A stretch of 46,568 nt of DNA from Desulfovibrionaceae bacterium (lineage in GTDB: Bacteria; Desulfobacterota; Desulfovibrionia; Desulfovibrionales; Desulfovibrionaceae): the NCBI GenBank assembly GCA_031554295.1, contig JAVBVM010000038.1:1-46568 (forward strand). The letters run 5' to 3'. Positions 8,145 through 17,754 of this stretch are shown one piece after another; within the stretch, counting starts at the first letter, position 1; the number at the start of each line of letters is the position of its first letter. The translations under genes were made by a program, and so were the position numbers. The notes under the pieces are model-generated. The model worked only from the letters and a program-made list of their open reading frames with translations, ran no database searches and was not told the DNA's origin.

Positions 8145-10136
8145 ATGACCACCCGTTTCCGGTTGCTGCTTCTTGTTCTTCTCCTGGCCTTGTGCCCGGC
8201 GTGCGCGGCTTCATCCTCCTCCACGCCCGGCGCAATCCAAGGGCGGTATCTCCCCCAAGGGGCGCGGCCGGAGCGGGTGGTCTCCCTCTACCCGACCGCT
8301 TCGGAAATTTTGTCAGCCCTCCTCCTTGGCGATCAAGACGCCACGGCCAAGGTCGTCGGCGTCACCTGGCACGACGCCAATCTGCCCGGTCTTGAACGCG
8401 CCGCCCTGGTCGGCGGCTTTGCCTGGCCGGACGTGGATCGCATCCTGGCCCTGCGGCCGGATATGGTCATTCTCGCGCCTTTCCAGGAAAAAGCCGCCGA
8501 GCGCCTGAAACGGGAAGGTATTCCCACCCTGGCGCTCGACACAAAATGCCTGGCCGACGGCGTCGCCAACATCCGCCTGCTCGGCCGCCTGATGGGCCGC
8601 GAGCGGGAAGCCGAGGCGATCATCGCCGGCCAGGAGGCGCAACTCCAACTCGCAGCCGACAAGCTGGCCCGCGCGTCTGAGAGCAAGCCGGGCCGCGCCC
8701 CCTTGCGCGTGGTCCGCTTCATGGGTTTTTCCGGCCAGGCCATGCTCACGCCGGGCGACGATTCCTTCCAGAACGAGCTGATCGTCAAGGCCGGCGGCCA
8801 GCCGCCGCGCTTCAACGAAAACGGCCCGGCAATCCGCGTCACGCCCGAGCAGTGGCGCGCCTTCAGTCCTGAAGCCGTTTATTACTGCGGACCGGAAGCC
8901 GGCAGCACTTCCGTGCGCGAGGCGCTCAGCGCCCCCGCCTGGGCGGAGGTTCCAGCCATCCGCGAAAACCGTCTGTTTGAATTTCCTTGCGACCTGATCT
9001 GCCGGGCCGGCGTCCATTACGGCGACTTCGCCCTCTGGCTGGCGTCCGAGTTGAATGCCGAAGCCTTTGCCCGGCCGCAAAACCAGGCCGCGCCCGACCA
9101 AATTCTCTCCACCCGCTCCCTGGACCTGCCGTTTGCGTATCTCGCCTCAGCCGGAGTGAGCGAGTCGCGACTGTTCGACTTCACCGCGAAAACCCTGCTG
9201 CTGCGCTTCAAAGCGCCGCAGCGCGTTCTCTCCAGCCTGACCGGCTGGGCGGACAATATCACGGCCGTGGGCAACCACTATACCGCGCCCCCCAGTTGGC
9301 CGGTGACGCATCGGCTGGGCTTTGAGCGGACCAACGCCCGCGCCCTGAAGCTGTTCGGCCTCAGCGCCGCCAGCACCGCTTTCCTCTATACCGGCGCGGA
9401 CATGGACCACCTGGCCTATGCCGAAGCCGAGTCCGACGGCCTGCGCGCCGGGGTGCTGGCCACAGCCGGCGTGAAAGGCAACGCCATGCGCGCCTCGGCC
9501 GACAGCGGCGACTATGTGGAGCCCGGCACCATCAACCTGATCATCCTCACCAACCGCGCCCTCACCCCCGGGGCCATGAGCCGGGCTCTGATCACCGCCA
9601 CCGAGGCCAAGACCGCCGCCCTTGAGGATCTCGACATCCGCAGTTCTTACAGCGGCCTGCCCGCCACCGGGACAGGCACGGACAATATTCTGGTGGCTTC
9701 GGGCGCCGGGCCGGCCGCCGACCTGACCGGCGGGCACGCCCGGCTGGGCGGGCTGATCGCCCGCGCCACGCGCCAGGCCGTGCTCGAAGCCATCCAGAAG
9801 CAAAACCGCCTGGGTCCGGAACGCGACATCTTCCAGCGCCTGGCCGAGCGGCGTATTCCCCTCGGGCGCCTGCTCCGCCAATACCGCGCCCTGGAAGGGC
9901 TCTTGCTCGACCCGCGCAACGCGTCTTTTGTCGCCGCCGGCCTGGCCCTGGCCGACGCCCGCGAGCGCGGCCTGCTGTCCGATTCCACGGGATTCTCCGC
10001 CTGGTGCCTGGCCGTGGCCTCGGAAACGGCCGGCCGGCCGGTCAAGGCCATTACGCCTTGGATTGACGACGAAACTATACCGGAACCGCTGCGCCAGGCA
10101 TTGAACGCGCTGCTGGAAGGGGCGGCGGGGAAGTGA
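8145..10136 (+). CDS. cbiZ: Exported fusion protein: N-terminal BtuF-like periplasmic binding domain plus C-terminal CbiZ (adenosylcobinamide amidohydrolase) domain
   Basis: 663 aa. Signal peptide MTTRFRLLLLVLLLALCPACAA. N-terminal half resembles class III SBPs (RVVSLYPTASEIL..., DMVILAP). C-terminal half carries CbiZ-like motifs (GTINLIILTN, TEAKTAALEDL, PATGTGTDNILVA). Confidence 0.75.
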   Translation: MTTRFRLLLLVLLLALCPACAASSSSTPGAIQGRYLPQGARPERVVSLYPTASEILSALLLGDQDATAKVVGVTWHDANLPGLERAALVGGFAWPDVDRILALRPDMVILAPFQEKAAERLKREGIPTLALDTKCLADGVANIRLLGRLMGREREAEAIIAGQEAQLQLAADKLARASESKPGRAPLRVVRFMGFSGQAMLTPGDDSFQNELIVKAGGQPPRFNENGPAIRVTPEQWRAFSPEAVYYCGPEAGSTSVREALSAPAWAEVPAIRENRLFEFPCDLICRAGVHYGDFALWLASELNAEAFARPQNQAAPDQILSTRSLDLPFAYLASAGVSESRLFDFTAKTLLLRFKAPQRVLSSLTGWADNITAVGNHYTAPPSWPVTHRLGFERTNARALKLFGLSAASTAFLYTGADMDHLAYAEAESDGLRAGVLATAGVKGNAMRASADSGDYVEPGTINLIILTNRALTPGAMSRALITATEAKTAALEDLDIRSSYSGLPATGTGTDNILVASGAGPAADLTGGHARLGGLIARATRQAVLEAIQKQNRLGPERDIFQRLAERRIPLGRLLRQYRALEGLLLDPRNASFVAAGLALADARERGLLSDSTGFSAWCLAVASETAGRPVKAITPWIDDETIPEPLRQALNALLEGAAGK

Positions 10137-10288
10137 GGGGCGTTTTTCGGCGGGCAAACGCTTTGGAAGACGCTCGCCGCGTGATATTGAAAAACACCTG
10201 TCGCCCTTCGGCGCGCCCCGAGCCCTCTTGCTCCACGCCGCTTTTCCGGGCTGGGAAATGAATGCTTGATATTTTGAGGTGACTACCT

Positions 10289-10912
10289 ATGTGGCATATT
10301 TTTTTAGCGGGCGGCCCGGTGATGTGGCCGCTGCTGGCCTGTTCGCTGGCGGCCCTGACCGTGATTGTGGAACGGGCGGTGTTCTGGCTGCGCACGGATG
10401 TGGCGCGCGACCGGGCGGGCGTTGAGAAGCTGCTGGAAGACTACCGGCTGGGCGGAGCGCACGAAAGCGGCGGCCCGCCGCCCCGGGGCGCGGTGCTGCG
10501 CATGCTGCTGAGCGGCCTGGCGCACCGGGAGTTCTCCTGCGCCAAGGCCATGGAGACCGTGGCCATGGAGGAACTGAAGCGCATGCGCCGGGGCATGAAC
10601 ATTCTGGATACGATCATCACAGCCGCGCCCATGCTGGGCATTCTGGGCACGGTGACGGGGATCATCGCTTCCTTCGACATCCTGGGCCAGGTGGGCGTGG
10701 AAGACCCCACGGCCGTGGTGGCCGGCATTGCCGAAGCTCTGATCACCACGGCGGCCGGCCTGATCATCTCCATCGCCACGGTTTTTCCCTACAACTACTT
10801 CAACTCGCGCATTGAAGACGCCCAGGAGCTGTTCGAGAACTACGGCACGCGCCTGGAAATTCTCCAAAATTACGCCTACCGGACGCACCGGAGCGAGGGA
10901 GGCGCGACATGA
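10289..10912 (+). CDS. exbB: MotA/TolQ/ExbB proton-channel protein
   Basis: 207 aa, three TM segments, with the LGILGTVTGII and EALITTAAGL motifs typical of ExbB/TolQ. ATGA overlap with the next gene. Confidence 0.88.
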   Translation: MWHIFLAGGPVMWPLLACSLAALTVIVERAVFWLRTDVARDRAGVEKLLEDYRLGGAHESGGPPPRGAVLRMLLSGLAHREFSCAKAMETVAMEELKRMRRGMNILDTIITAAPMLGILGTVTGIIASFDILGQVGVEDPTAVVAGIAEALITTAAGLIISIATVFPYNYFNSRIEDAQELFENYGTRLEILQNYAYRTHRSEGGAT

Positions 10913-11322
10913 AGCTGGCCCGCAAACGGACCAGGGCTCGCATCGAGATGCTGCCCCTGATGGACATCGTCTTTCTCCTGCTGGTCTTCTTTATTTACGC
11001 GATGATGTCCATGACCGTGCACCGGGCTTTACCGCTGAACCTGCCCTCCTCCAAGGCGGCGGAGGCGGACAAAAGCGTCAGTCTGGCCCTGTCCGTGCGC
11101 TCCGACGGCTCCATTTATCTGGACAAGGAGCCGGTGCCGCTGGATGAACTGGCCGCCCTGCTGGAACTGAAAAAGGCCGAGGCGGTCGAGCCGGAGAACC
11201 TCTCCGTACGGGTCTTTGCCGACAACAGCCTGAGTTACCAGGAACTGTACCGGGTGCTGGATCAGCTGAAAGTGGCCGGGGTGAAAAAAATAGCTCTTCA
11301 GGCCGATTCGGAGACGCCATGA
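10909..11322 (+). CDS. exbD: ExbD/TolR biopolymer transport protein
   Basis: 137 aa. N-terminal IEMLPLMDIVFLLLVFF anchor typical of ExbD/TolR. ATGA overlaps on both sides. Confidence 0.88.
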   Translation: MKLARKRTRARIEMLPLMDIVFLLLVFFIYAMMSMTVHRALPLNLPSSKAAEADKSVSLALSVRSDGSIYLDKEPVPLDELAALLELKKAEAVEPENLSVRVFADNSLSYQELYRVLDQLKVAGVKKIALQADSETP

Positions 11323-12104
11323 GCGAGCACGGCCCGGAATTCCGCGATTCCGCCCCCAGCGGCCGCGAATTTCCCGCGCCGGGCCTGTCGCTCTTTTCCC
11401 GCCCGGAGCGGACCAGGGGCCCGCTGCTGGCTGGCGCCTTCCTGGCCGTCTGCCTGCACCTCGGCCTGCTGTTCGGCCTGAGCGCCGGCAAGCCGGAAAT
11501 TCTCCCGCCCGCCACTATTGAGAGCCAAAGCGTCGAGATCAACCTGGAAACCCTGCCCAAGCTCCAGGCCGCCGCCGCGCCCATTCCCCAGCCTCGGCCC
11601 GTCCCGCCGCCTCCGCCGGTTCCCGAACCGGACCCTGTTCCCGAACCCGCGCCCGTTCCCACGCCCAAGCCGGATCCCATCCCCAAACCGGTTCCCGCGC
11701 CCAGGCCCGCGCCCGTCCCCGCCCCAGGTCCGGCGGCCACGGCGGAAACCGCTGTGGCGGCGCTCGCCGGCCCTCGCCCGGGAGCAACCGGAGAAACTTC
11801 CGCAACAAGCGCCCCGCCCGCTCCAGCCGCCCCGTCCGTCAGCCCCAAGGCCCTGGACAATCCCAAGCCCCCCTATCCGGATTTAGCGCGTAGGCGCGGC
11901 CAGGAAGGCGGCGTGCTTCTGCGCGTGGCCGTGGACGCGCAAGGCAAGGTGACGCAAACCCGCGTCGAAACGTCCAGCGGCCACAGCCTGCTTGACCAGG
12001 CCGCCCAGAACGCCGTGCGAAAATGGAATTTCAGCCCGGCCCGCGTCGCGGGCCTGCCGGTGGCGGGCGAGGTGCTGGTTCCTGTTGAGTTCCGTTTGAA
12101 TTAG
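11319..12104 (+). CDS. tonB: Energy transducer TonB
   Basis: 261 aa. TM anchor, Pro-rich spacer (PVPEPDPVPEPAPVPTPKPDPIPKPVP), and C-terminal TonB domain (PPYPDLARRRGQEGGVLLRVAVDAQGKV...). Confidence 0.88.
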   Translation: MSEHGPEFRDSAPSGREFPAPGLSLFSRPERTRGPLLAGAFLAVCLHLGLLFGLSAGKPEILPPATIESQSVEINLETLPKLQAAAAPIPQPRPVPPPPPVPEPDPVPEPAPVPTPKPDPIPKPVPAPRPAPVPAPGPAATAETAVAALAGPRPGATGETSATSAPPAPAAPSVSPKALDNPKPPYPDLARRRGQEGGVLLRVAVDAQGKVTQTRVETSSGHSLLDQAAQNAVRKWNFSPARVAGLPVAGEVLVPVEFRLN

Positions 12105-12165
12105 CGCGCGGAGAGACGTCTTTTTCCGCTATACTCGGCAGGGGACAAAAGGGCCGTGGCGCCGC

Positions 12166-13053
12166 CTACTGCTCGCTTCGCTGGATGCAGCCCATCAGCG
12201 CGTACACCAGCTGGGCGGCGGTGGCGTCCGCGAAATGCAGGCTTTTGATCGGCGCGAACTCCACCACATCCGCCCCGATCACCGCGCGCTCGACGCAGCA
12301 GCGTTCCAGGCAGAGCATAGCCTCGCGCCAGCTCAGGCCGCCCGGCACGGGGGTGCCGGTGGCCGGCATGACCGACGGGTCCAGGCCGTCGATATCAAAG
12401 GTGATATAAATCTGTTCCGGAAAATTCTCCGGCAGCAGCCGTTCCGGAATGCCGCGCCGGGCAATGGCCGAGGCGTCCAGGTGGCACACGCCGTTCTCCC
12501 CGCGCCAGGCATGCTCTTCAGCGCACAGCGCCCGCACGCCGATCTGGAACAGGGGCACGCCCAATTCCTCCAGGGCGCGGCGCATGACGCAGGCGTGGCT
12601 GAGGCGGTTCTCCCCATAGCTTTCGCGCAGGTCCGCGTGCGCGTCGAATTGGACTATGCCGAATTTTCGCGGGCCGAATCTTGTTTTCCCCAAAGCCTTG
12701 GCCGTGGCCCGCAAAGCGCCCAGGCTGACCGTGTGCTCGCCCCCGAGGAGAATGGGCAGCCCCTGATGGGCAAAGGCATGGCCCACGGCCGCCTCAATGC
12801 GCTCCAGGACCGTTTCGGCCGGGCCGGCGCAGTCCACGGCCGGCCAGGTGTGGATGCCCGCCTCGGCCGGGATGGACAGGCCATCCCACAGTTCCAGTTG
12901 GTCTGAGGCATTGAGAATGGCCAAGGGACCGGCCGCCGTGCCTGCGCCGTAGGAGACCGATGCCTCGAACGGGGCCGGAATGATATGAAAACGGGCCTCG
13001 TCCGGCGGAATTGCCGGCAGTTCCGATTGCAAAAAGGCATGGGCCGAACTCAT
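12166..13053 (-). CDS. speB: Agmatinase (arginase/ureohydrolase family)
   Basis: 295 aa. Metal-binding motifs GGEHTVS, FDAHADL and TFDIDGLDPSVMPATGTPVPGG. Confidence 0.78.
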   Translation of the reverse strand: MSSAHAFLQSELPAIPPDEARFHIIPAPFEASVSYGAGTAAGPLAILNASDQLELWDGLSIPAEAGIHTWPAVDCAGPAETVLERIEAAVGHAFAHQGLPILLGGEHTVSLGALRATAKALGKTRFGPRKFGIVQFDAHADLRESYGENRLSHACVMRRALEELGVPLFQIGVRALCAEEHAWRGENGVCHLDASAIARRGIPERLLPENFPEQIYITFDIDGLDPSVMPATGTPVPGGLSWREAMLCLERCCVERAVIGADVVEFAPIKSLHFADATAAQLVYALMGCIQRSEQ

Positions 13054-13133
13054 AATTATCCTCTTGGTAAAGACCCGTATCCGCCCCCGGCGGGTTTGCC
13101 GGGTCTGCCCGGAACGGGGCGCGGTTCAACGAA

Positions 13134-14201
13134 TCAAGCGGGTGAAATCCCCAGCGTCCTATGAAAAAAGGCCGCCAGTTTGGCGAACAGCTCCTGCCGC
13201 ATGGCCCGGTGCTCTTTGGGCGTCAGGCGCGTGCACAGGGAGGGCAGCTCCCGCCCCACAGCCGCCGGACAGGGTGCGGAAAACGCCTCGTGATCGGCCC
13301 GGAGCGGCAGTTCCTCCGGCTTGTCGGGCAGATTGCCGCGGATAAACGCGGCGTGCAGGGCGGCCGGGGCGATTCTGTCTTCGCTGCCCGAGGCGATGAA
13401 TATGGGTACGAGCACCTCCGTCAGGCTATGCCGCGGAAACAGCATGCCGTAGCCGGGGGCCAGCAGGGCCGCCGCGCGCACGCGGGCGTCAGGCCGAGGC
13501 GCCTGGTTCGGGATGAAGGCCGACGGCATCCGGCGCAGGCGTTCTTGCGCCCATTGCGTGCAATAGGGGTCGTCCTCGGCCGCCATGGCGCAATACCCGA
13601 CCACGCCATCGCCGTCGGGAACCGCCCCGGCCAGCAGCAAGGCCGCCGTGGCCCCGGTTCCGACGCCGATGATCCCGATCCGGCCCGCATCGATAAAGCC
13701 GTCGGGGAAGCGTTCCGAAGCCAGCACCGTGTCCACGGTCAACCGGATGTGCTCCGGCCGCGCGGTAATCTGCTCGGGCAAAAACATGTGGGAGGTGGAG
13801 TGGGCATTGTCGCCCGGATGCGTCGGCACGGCCACCGCAAAACCCTGCTCGGACAGAAAAGTCGCCAGATCGTGGTTCGACAGGCGCGACCCGGCCGAAT
13901 CGTGCGAAATAATCAGCAGCGGAAAACTGCCCGGCGCGGGCTTGTAATTACGGCCGCCCTCAAAGGTCCAGCCGTCAATTTGCAAAGAACCGACACCGCG
14001 CCGCGTGGCGGGCACGGGGTACCACACGGCAATATCCAGCCGCTCGCCCGTTTCCGGCACCGTGGTGCCAAGCGAGGCGAAGCCCGGCATGTAGCGCGAC
14101 TCGGCCGCCCGGCCCTCCGCGCCCGGAAACGCGCTCAGGCACAGCGCCAGCAGCGCGCCCACCGCCATCATTCGCCAAAAAAAAGATCGCCGCATCCGCA
14201 T
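13134..14201 (-). CDS. Secreted alpha/beta-hydrolase-fold protein (dienelactone hydrolase / PAF-acetylhydrolase-like), possibly lacking the nucleophile Ser
   Basis: 355 aa. Signal peptide MRMRRSFFWRMMAVGALLALCLSAFPGAEG. PLLIISHDSAGS...GFAVAVPTHPGD block. The expected nucleophile elbow reads GVGTG instead of GxSxG. Confidence 0.65.
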   Translation of the reverse strand: MRMRRSFFWRMMAVGALLALCLSAFPGAEGRAAESRYMPGFASLGTTVPETGERLDIAVWYPVPATRRGVGSLQIDGWTFEGGRNYKPAPGSFPLLIISHDSAGSRLSNHDLATFLSEQGFAVAVPTHPGDNAHSTSHMFLPEQITARPEHIRLTVDTVLASERFPDGFIDAGRIGIIGVGTGATAALLLAGAVPDGDGVVGYCAMAAEDDPYCTQWAQERLRRMPSAFIPNQAPRPDARVRAAALLAPGYGMLFPRHSLTEVLVPIFIASGSEDRIAPAALHAAFIRGNLPDKPEELPLRADHEAFSAPCPAAVGRELPSLCTRLTPKEHRAMRQELFAKLAAFFHRTLGISPA

Positions 14202-14263
14202 GCGTGGCCTGTACGACGATCCGGTGAATCTTGCAAGGTTTGGCTTGCTTGCGGTTTTGCGCT

Positions 14264-14755
14264 ATGTTTCCCGGCACGCGGCGGACAGGGGAGGAGACGG
14301 CGCGCCGAAATTTTTATTTGAAAACACCAGCGAGGCGGCATTTGCTGTATCTCCACACTGCGCTCCAATTGGCGGGCCTCATTCTGGCCTTGTACGCCCT
14401 GTACCTTGGCTGGCTCAGGACGCAAAGCCGGCATTTCGGGCGGAAAACGCAATTCCCCCAGATCCGGCACGCGCGTTGCGGCCGCCTGGCCGTGCTCCTC
14501 TGGCTGGCCGGCGCTGCGGTGGCCGTGGCCGGAACCATTCAGGCGGGCGGCTGGCCGGCGCCGGAACCGCACGCCCTGCTGGGCGCTCTTGTTATCCTTT
14601 TGGGACTTTTTGTCTTCATCCTGGGGCAAGCGCTCCTCCGGCCCAAAACCCCCGCCGGGCGGCGAAATCGGCTGGCAATCGCCCATGGCGCGGCCGGCCT
14701 GTTTTTGGGGATTCTGGCCGTAATCCAATGCCTGGGCGGCTTCGCCCTTCTGTGA
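14264..14755 (+). CDS. Small hypothetical integral membrane protein (about 4 TM)
   Basis: Hydrophobic ORF in the only plausible frame, 10 nt upstream of prmC. The start is uncertain: TTG 14231, ATG 14264, or a later TTG near 14341. Confidence 0.5.
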   Translation: MFPGTRRTGEETARRNFYLKTPARRHLLYLHTALQLAGLILALYALYLGWLRTQSRHFGRKTQFPQIRHARCGRLAVLLWLAGAAVAVAGTIQAGGWPAPEPHALLGALVILLGLFVFILGQALLRPKTPAGRRNRLAIAHGAAGLFLGILAVIQCLGGFALL

Positions 14756-14764
14756 GCCTGATGC

Positions 14765-15685
14765 ATGACCGCCGAATACGCCGCTACGCCCCTCACCCGC
14801 TTGATTAATCAAGCCAAGGAACGCCTTGAGCGAAACAAGGTCGAAAGCCCGCGCCTGGCCGCCGAATTCCTGCTGGCCCACGCCCTGGGCTGGGAGCCGG
14901 CCGAATTGCGGCGCATCCTGCTTTTTTCCCCGGAGCAAAGCGCGCCCCCCGAGACGCTTGGGCGTTTCTCCGGCTTCATTGAACGACACACCCAAGGCGA
15001 ACCCGTGGCCTATATCGTCGGCGAATGGGAGTTTTACGGCATTCCGCTCTTTGTCAGCCCGGCCGTGCTTATCCCCCGGCCGGAGAGCGAGATGCTCGTC
15101 GCGGCCGCCCTGGCTGACCTCAAGGGAATGGACGGCCCCGCGCGCATCGCCGATCTCGGCGCCGGCAGCGGCTGCCTGGGCATCGCCGTGCTGAAGCATT
15201 TTTCCGGCCCGGCCCGCCTGCTGGCTGTGGACAAATCGCCCGAGGCGCTGACCGTGGCCCGGCGCAATATGTTGCGCCACCATTTGGAAAATCGCATGGC
15301 GCTGCTGGAGGCCGACTTTACCCGGCCTTTCGCCCAGCCCGAAACCTTTGACCTGATTCTGGCCAACCCCCCATACGTCAGCGCCGAGGAATACCGCGCC
15401 CTGGCTCCCAATGTCCGGGCCTTCGAGCCCTGCTCCGCCCTGGTGCCCGATTCCGGCCCGGGCCGCGCCCCGTATAACCAGACCGGCCTTGAGCACATCG
15501 CCGGCCTGGCCGTCCAATGCGCCGCCATGCTCCGTCCCGGCGGCCGTCTGCTTATGGAAATCGGCGGCAGGCAGGGAGCGGAGACCATGCGCATCTTCCG
15601 CGAACACGGCGGCTGGATCAATATTCAGATCCAGCCGGACCTGGCCGGCCACGATCGCTTGCTCAGCGCGAATACGAAAGCCTGA
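14765..15685 (+). CDS. prmC: Peptide chain release factor N5-glutamine methyltransferase
   Basis: 306 aa. SAM motif DLGAGSGCLG and catalytic ILANPPYV (NPPY). Confidence 0.9.
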   Translation: MTAEYAATPLTRLINQAKERLERNKVESPRLAAEFLLAHALGWEPAELRRILLFSPEQSAPPETLGRFSGFIERHTQGEPVAYIVGEWEFYGIPLFVSPAVLIPRPESEMLVAAALADLKGMDGPARIADLGAGSGCLGIAVLKHFSGPARLLAVDKSPEALTVARRNMLRHHLENRMALLEADFTRPFAQPETFDLILANPPYVSAEEYRALAPNVRAFEPCSALVPDSGPGRAPYNQTGLEHIAGLAVQCAAMLRPGGRLLMEIGGRQGAETMRIFREHGGWINIQIQPDLAGHDRLLSANTKA

Positions 15686-15886
15686 CGCGCCGCCGGCAGC
15701 GCTCTTCCCGGGACAGATGCGCGCGCCAAATATAATTGTTTTCATATTAAAATATATAAGTACAAGTTTCCGCGTGGGCTTTTCACCCTCCCTTTCACGC
15801 CGCCGGAAGCATGACTTTCGTTTGACATCACCCGCGCCGCGCGTTTATGGCGGTGGAACGGAACAATTTTGACGGGGGGCCGTTTT

Positions 15887-16690
15887 ATGGAAGGGACGAC
15901 GACGATTTCGGATCTGCGCGCCTGGAAGGGCGAGGGGAGGAAGTTCGCCACGATCACGGCCTATGACGCCTGTTTTGCCGGCTTGTTTATGGAAGAAGGA
16001 ATCCGGGTGATGCTGGTGGGCGATTCGCTGGGCATGGTACTGCAGGGGAACGACTCGACCCTGCCGGTGACGGTGGAGGAGGTGGCCTACCATACCCGCT
16101 GCGTGCGGCGGGGCGCGCCGGGGGCGTTTGTGATGGCTGATATGCCGTTCATGAGCTATGCCGAGCCGATCCGGGCCTGCGAGAATGCGGCGACGCTGAT
16201 GCGGGCCGGGGCGAACATGGTGAAGCTGGAGGGCGGGCTTTGGCTGGAAGAGACTGTGCGCATGCTGACCGAACGGGCCGTGCCGGTGTGCGCGCACCTG
16301 GGGCTGACGCCGCAGTCGGTGAATATTTTCGGCGGCTATAAGGTGCAGGGCCGGGAGGCCGAAGCGGCGGAAGGGCTGTCGCGGGCGTCCCTGGCCCTAG
16401 AACGGGCCGGCGCGCAACTGCTGGTGCTGGAATGCGTTCCGGCCGCGCTGGGCGAGCGGATAAGCAAGGCTCTGACCATACCGGTGATCGGCATTGGCGC
16501 GGGCAAGGGCACGGACGGACAGATTCTGGTCATGCACGACATGCTCGGCTTGTACGCGGCGAACGGGCGGCTGCCCAAGTTCGTGAAAAACTTCATGGCC
16601 GAGGCGGGCGACGTGCGGGCGGCGATGCGCCTGTACGTGAGAGAGGTGGAGGAAGGAACCTTTCCGTCGGAAAAATACAGCTTTTCCTGA
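15887..16690 (+). CDS. panB: 3-methyl-2-oxobutanoate hydroxymethyltransferase
   Basis: [11 protein letters not shown]..., [13 protein letters not shown] and VKLEGG motifs. ATG 15887 preferred over the TTG at 15869. Confidence 0.9.
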   Translation: MEGTTTISDLRAWKGEGRKFATITAYDACFAGLFMEEGIRVMLVGDSLGMVLQGNDSTLPVTVEEVAYHTRCVRRGAPGAFVMADMPFMSYAEPIRACENAATLMRAGANMVKLEGGLWLEETVRMLTERAVPVCAHLGLTPQSVNIFGGYKVQGREAEAAEGLSRASLALERAGAQLLVLECVPAALGERISKALTIPVIGIGAGKGTDGQILVMHDMLGLYAANGRLPKFVKNFMAEAGDVRAAMRLYVREVEEGTFPSEKYSFS

Positions 16691-16860
16691 AAAAAAACCG
16701 TTTTTTCTCCATCTGACGGCGTTGCTCCGCCTTTTTACCGGTGGCGGGCCGGAAGAGTCCAGCCCCGGCAAAAAGACCCGCGTCCTGTCAAACGAAAAAA
16801 TTGGCGCTTCCAAGGTGCCGCTCCGCAATGCAGGGCCGAAAGGGAAAAGGATTGTATACA

Positions 16861-17754
16861 ATGCTCCAGAAGGATGCGTCGATGATGGTTATCGAAACGG
16901 CGGCGGAATTGCGCCGGGAATTGGACGAACGGCGGCGGGCCGCTGGCGCGGGCGGTTGCCGCGTGGCGCTGGTCCCAACCATGGGCAACCTGCACGAGGG
17001 ACATATATCGCTGGTGCGCGCGGCCAGGGCGCGGGCCGAGGTGGTGGTGGTGAGCGTGTTCGTCAACCCCACCCAGTTTGACAAGCCGGACGATCTGGCC
17101 CGCTACCCGCGCACATTGCGGGAAGACTGCGCCAAACTGGTCTCGGCCGGGGCGGATCTGGCGTTCGCGCCCGCGGAGGAGGAAATGTACCCCGGCGGCC
17201 CGGCGGCCTGCCGCACCTTCGTGGAGGTGCCGGGTCTGGGCGATATGCTGGAAGGCGCAAGCCGGCCGGGGCATTTTCGCGGGGTGGCCACAGTGGTATC
17301 CAAGCTCTTCAACCTGACGCGGCCGGATGTGGCCTGCTTCGGGGAAAAAGACTACCAGCAGCTGGCCCTTATACGCCGGATGGCGGCGGACATGGGCCAC
17401 GGCATTGAGATTGTCGGCGTGCCCACGGTGCGGGCGGCGGACGGCTTGGCTTTGAGCTCCCGTAACGGCTACCTGACCGCGGAAGAACGCCGCAAAGCGC
17501 CGGGCCTGAAGGACGTCATGGACAGGCTCGCGGGCAAAGCGGCGGCCGGCGGCCGGAATTTTGACGTTTTGCTGGATGAGGCGGCGGCGGAGCTGCGCGC
17601 CCGGGGCTTTACGCCGGATCCGCTGTTCATCCGCGACGCCGACAGCCTGGAGCCGGTGAGCGAGAGCAGCGCGGAGGCGGTGATCCTTATGGCCGCCTGG
17701 CTGGGCAAGGCGCGCCTGATCGACAATTGCCGGGTGGCGCTTAAGCGGGGCTAG
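16861..17754 (+). CDS. panC: Pantoate--beta-alanine ligase
   Basis: [15 protein letters not shown] motif. Start ambiguous between ATG 16861 and ATG 16882, the latter behind GAAGGA. The upstream part of the track ORF (from 16741) is Arg/Lys-rich and unlikely to be coding. Confidence 0.88.
   Translation: MLQKDASMMVIETAAELRRELDERRRAAGAGGCRVALVPTMGNLHEGHISLVRAARARAEVVVVSVFVNPTQFDKPDDLARYPRTLREDCAKLVSAGADLAFAPAEEEMYPGGPAACRTFVEVPGLGDMLEGASRPGHFRGVATVVSKLFNLTRPDVACFGEKDYQQLALIRRMAADMGHGIEIVGVPTVRAADGLALSSRNGYLTAEERRKAPGLKDVMDRLAGKAAAGGRNFDVLLDEAAAELRARGFTPDPLFIRDADSLEPVSESSAEAVILMAAWLGKARLIDNCRVALKRG

Noticed and set aside
17751-17754. Convergent panC and ZIP genes whose stop codons overlap within the palindrome CTAG
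   Set aside because: Real but trivial. It is a compact-genome curiosity with no evident regulatory consequence beyond possible transcriptional interference.
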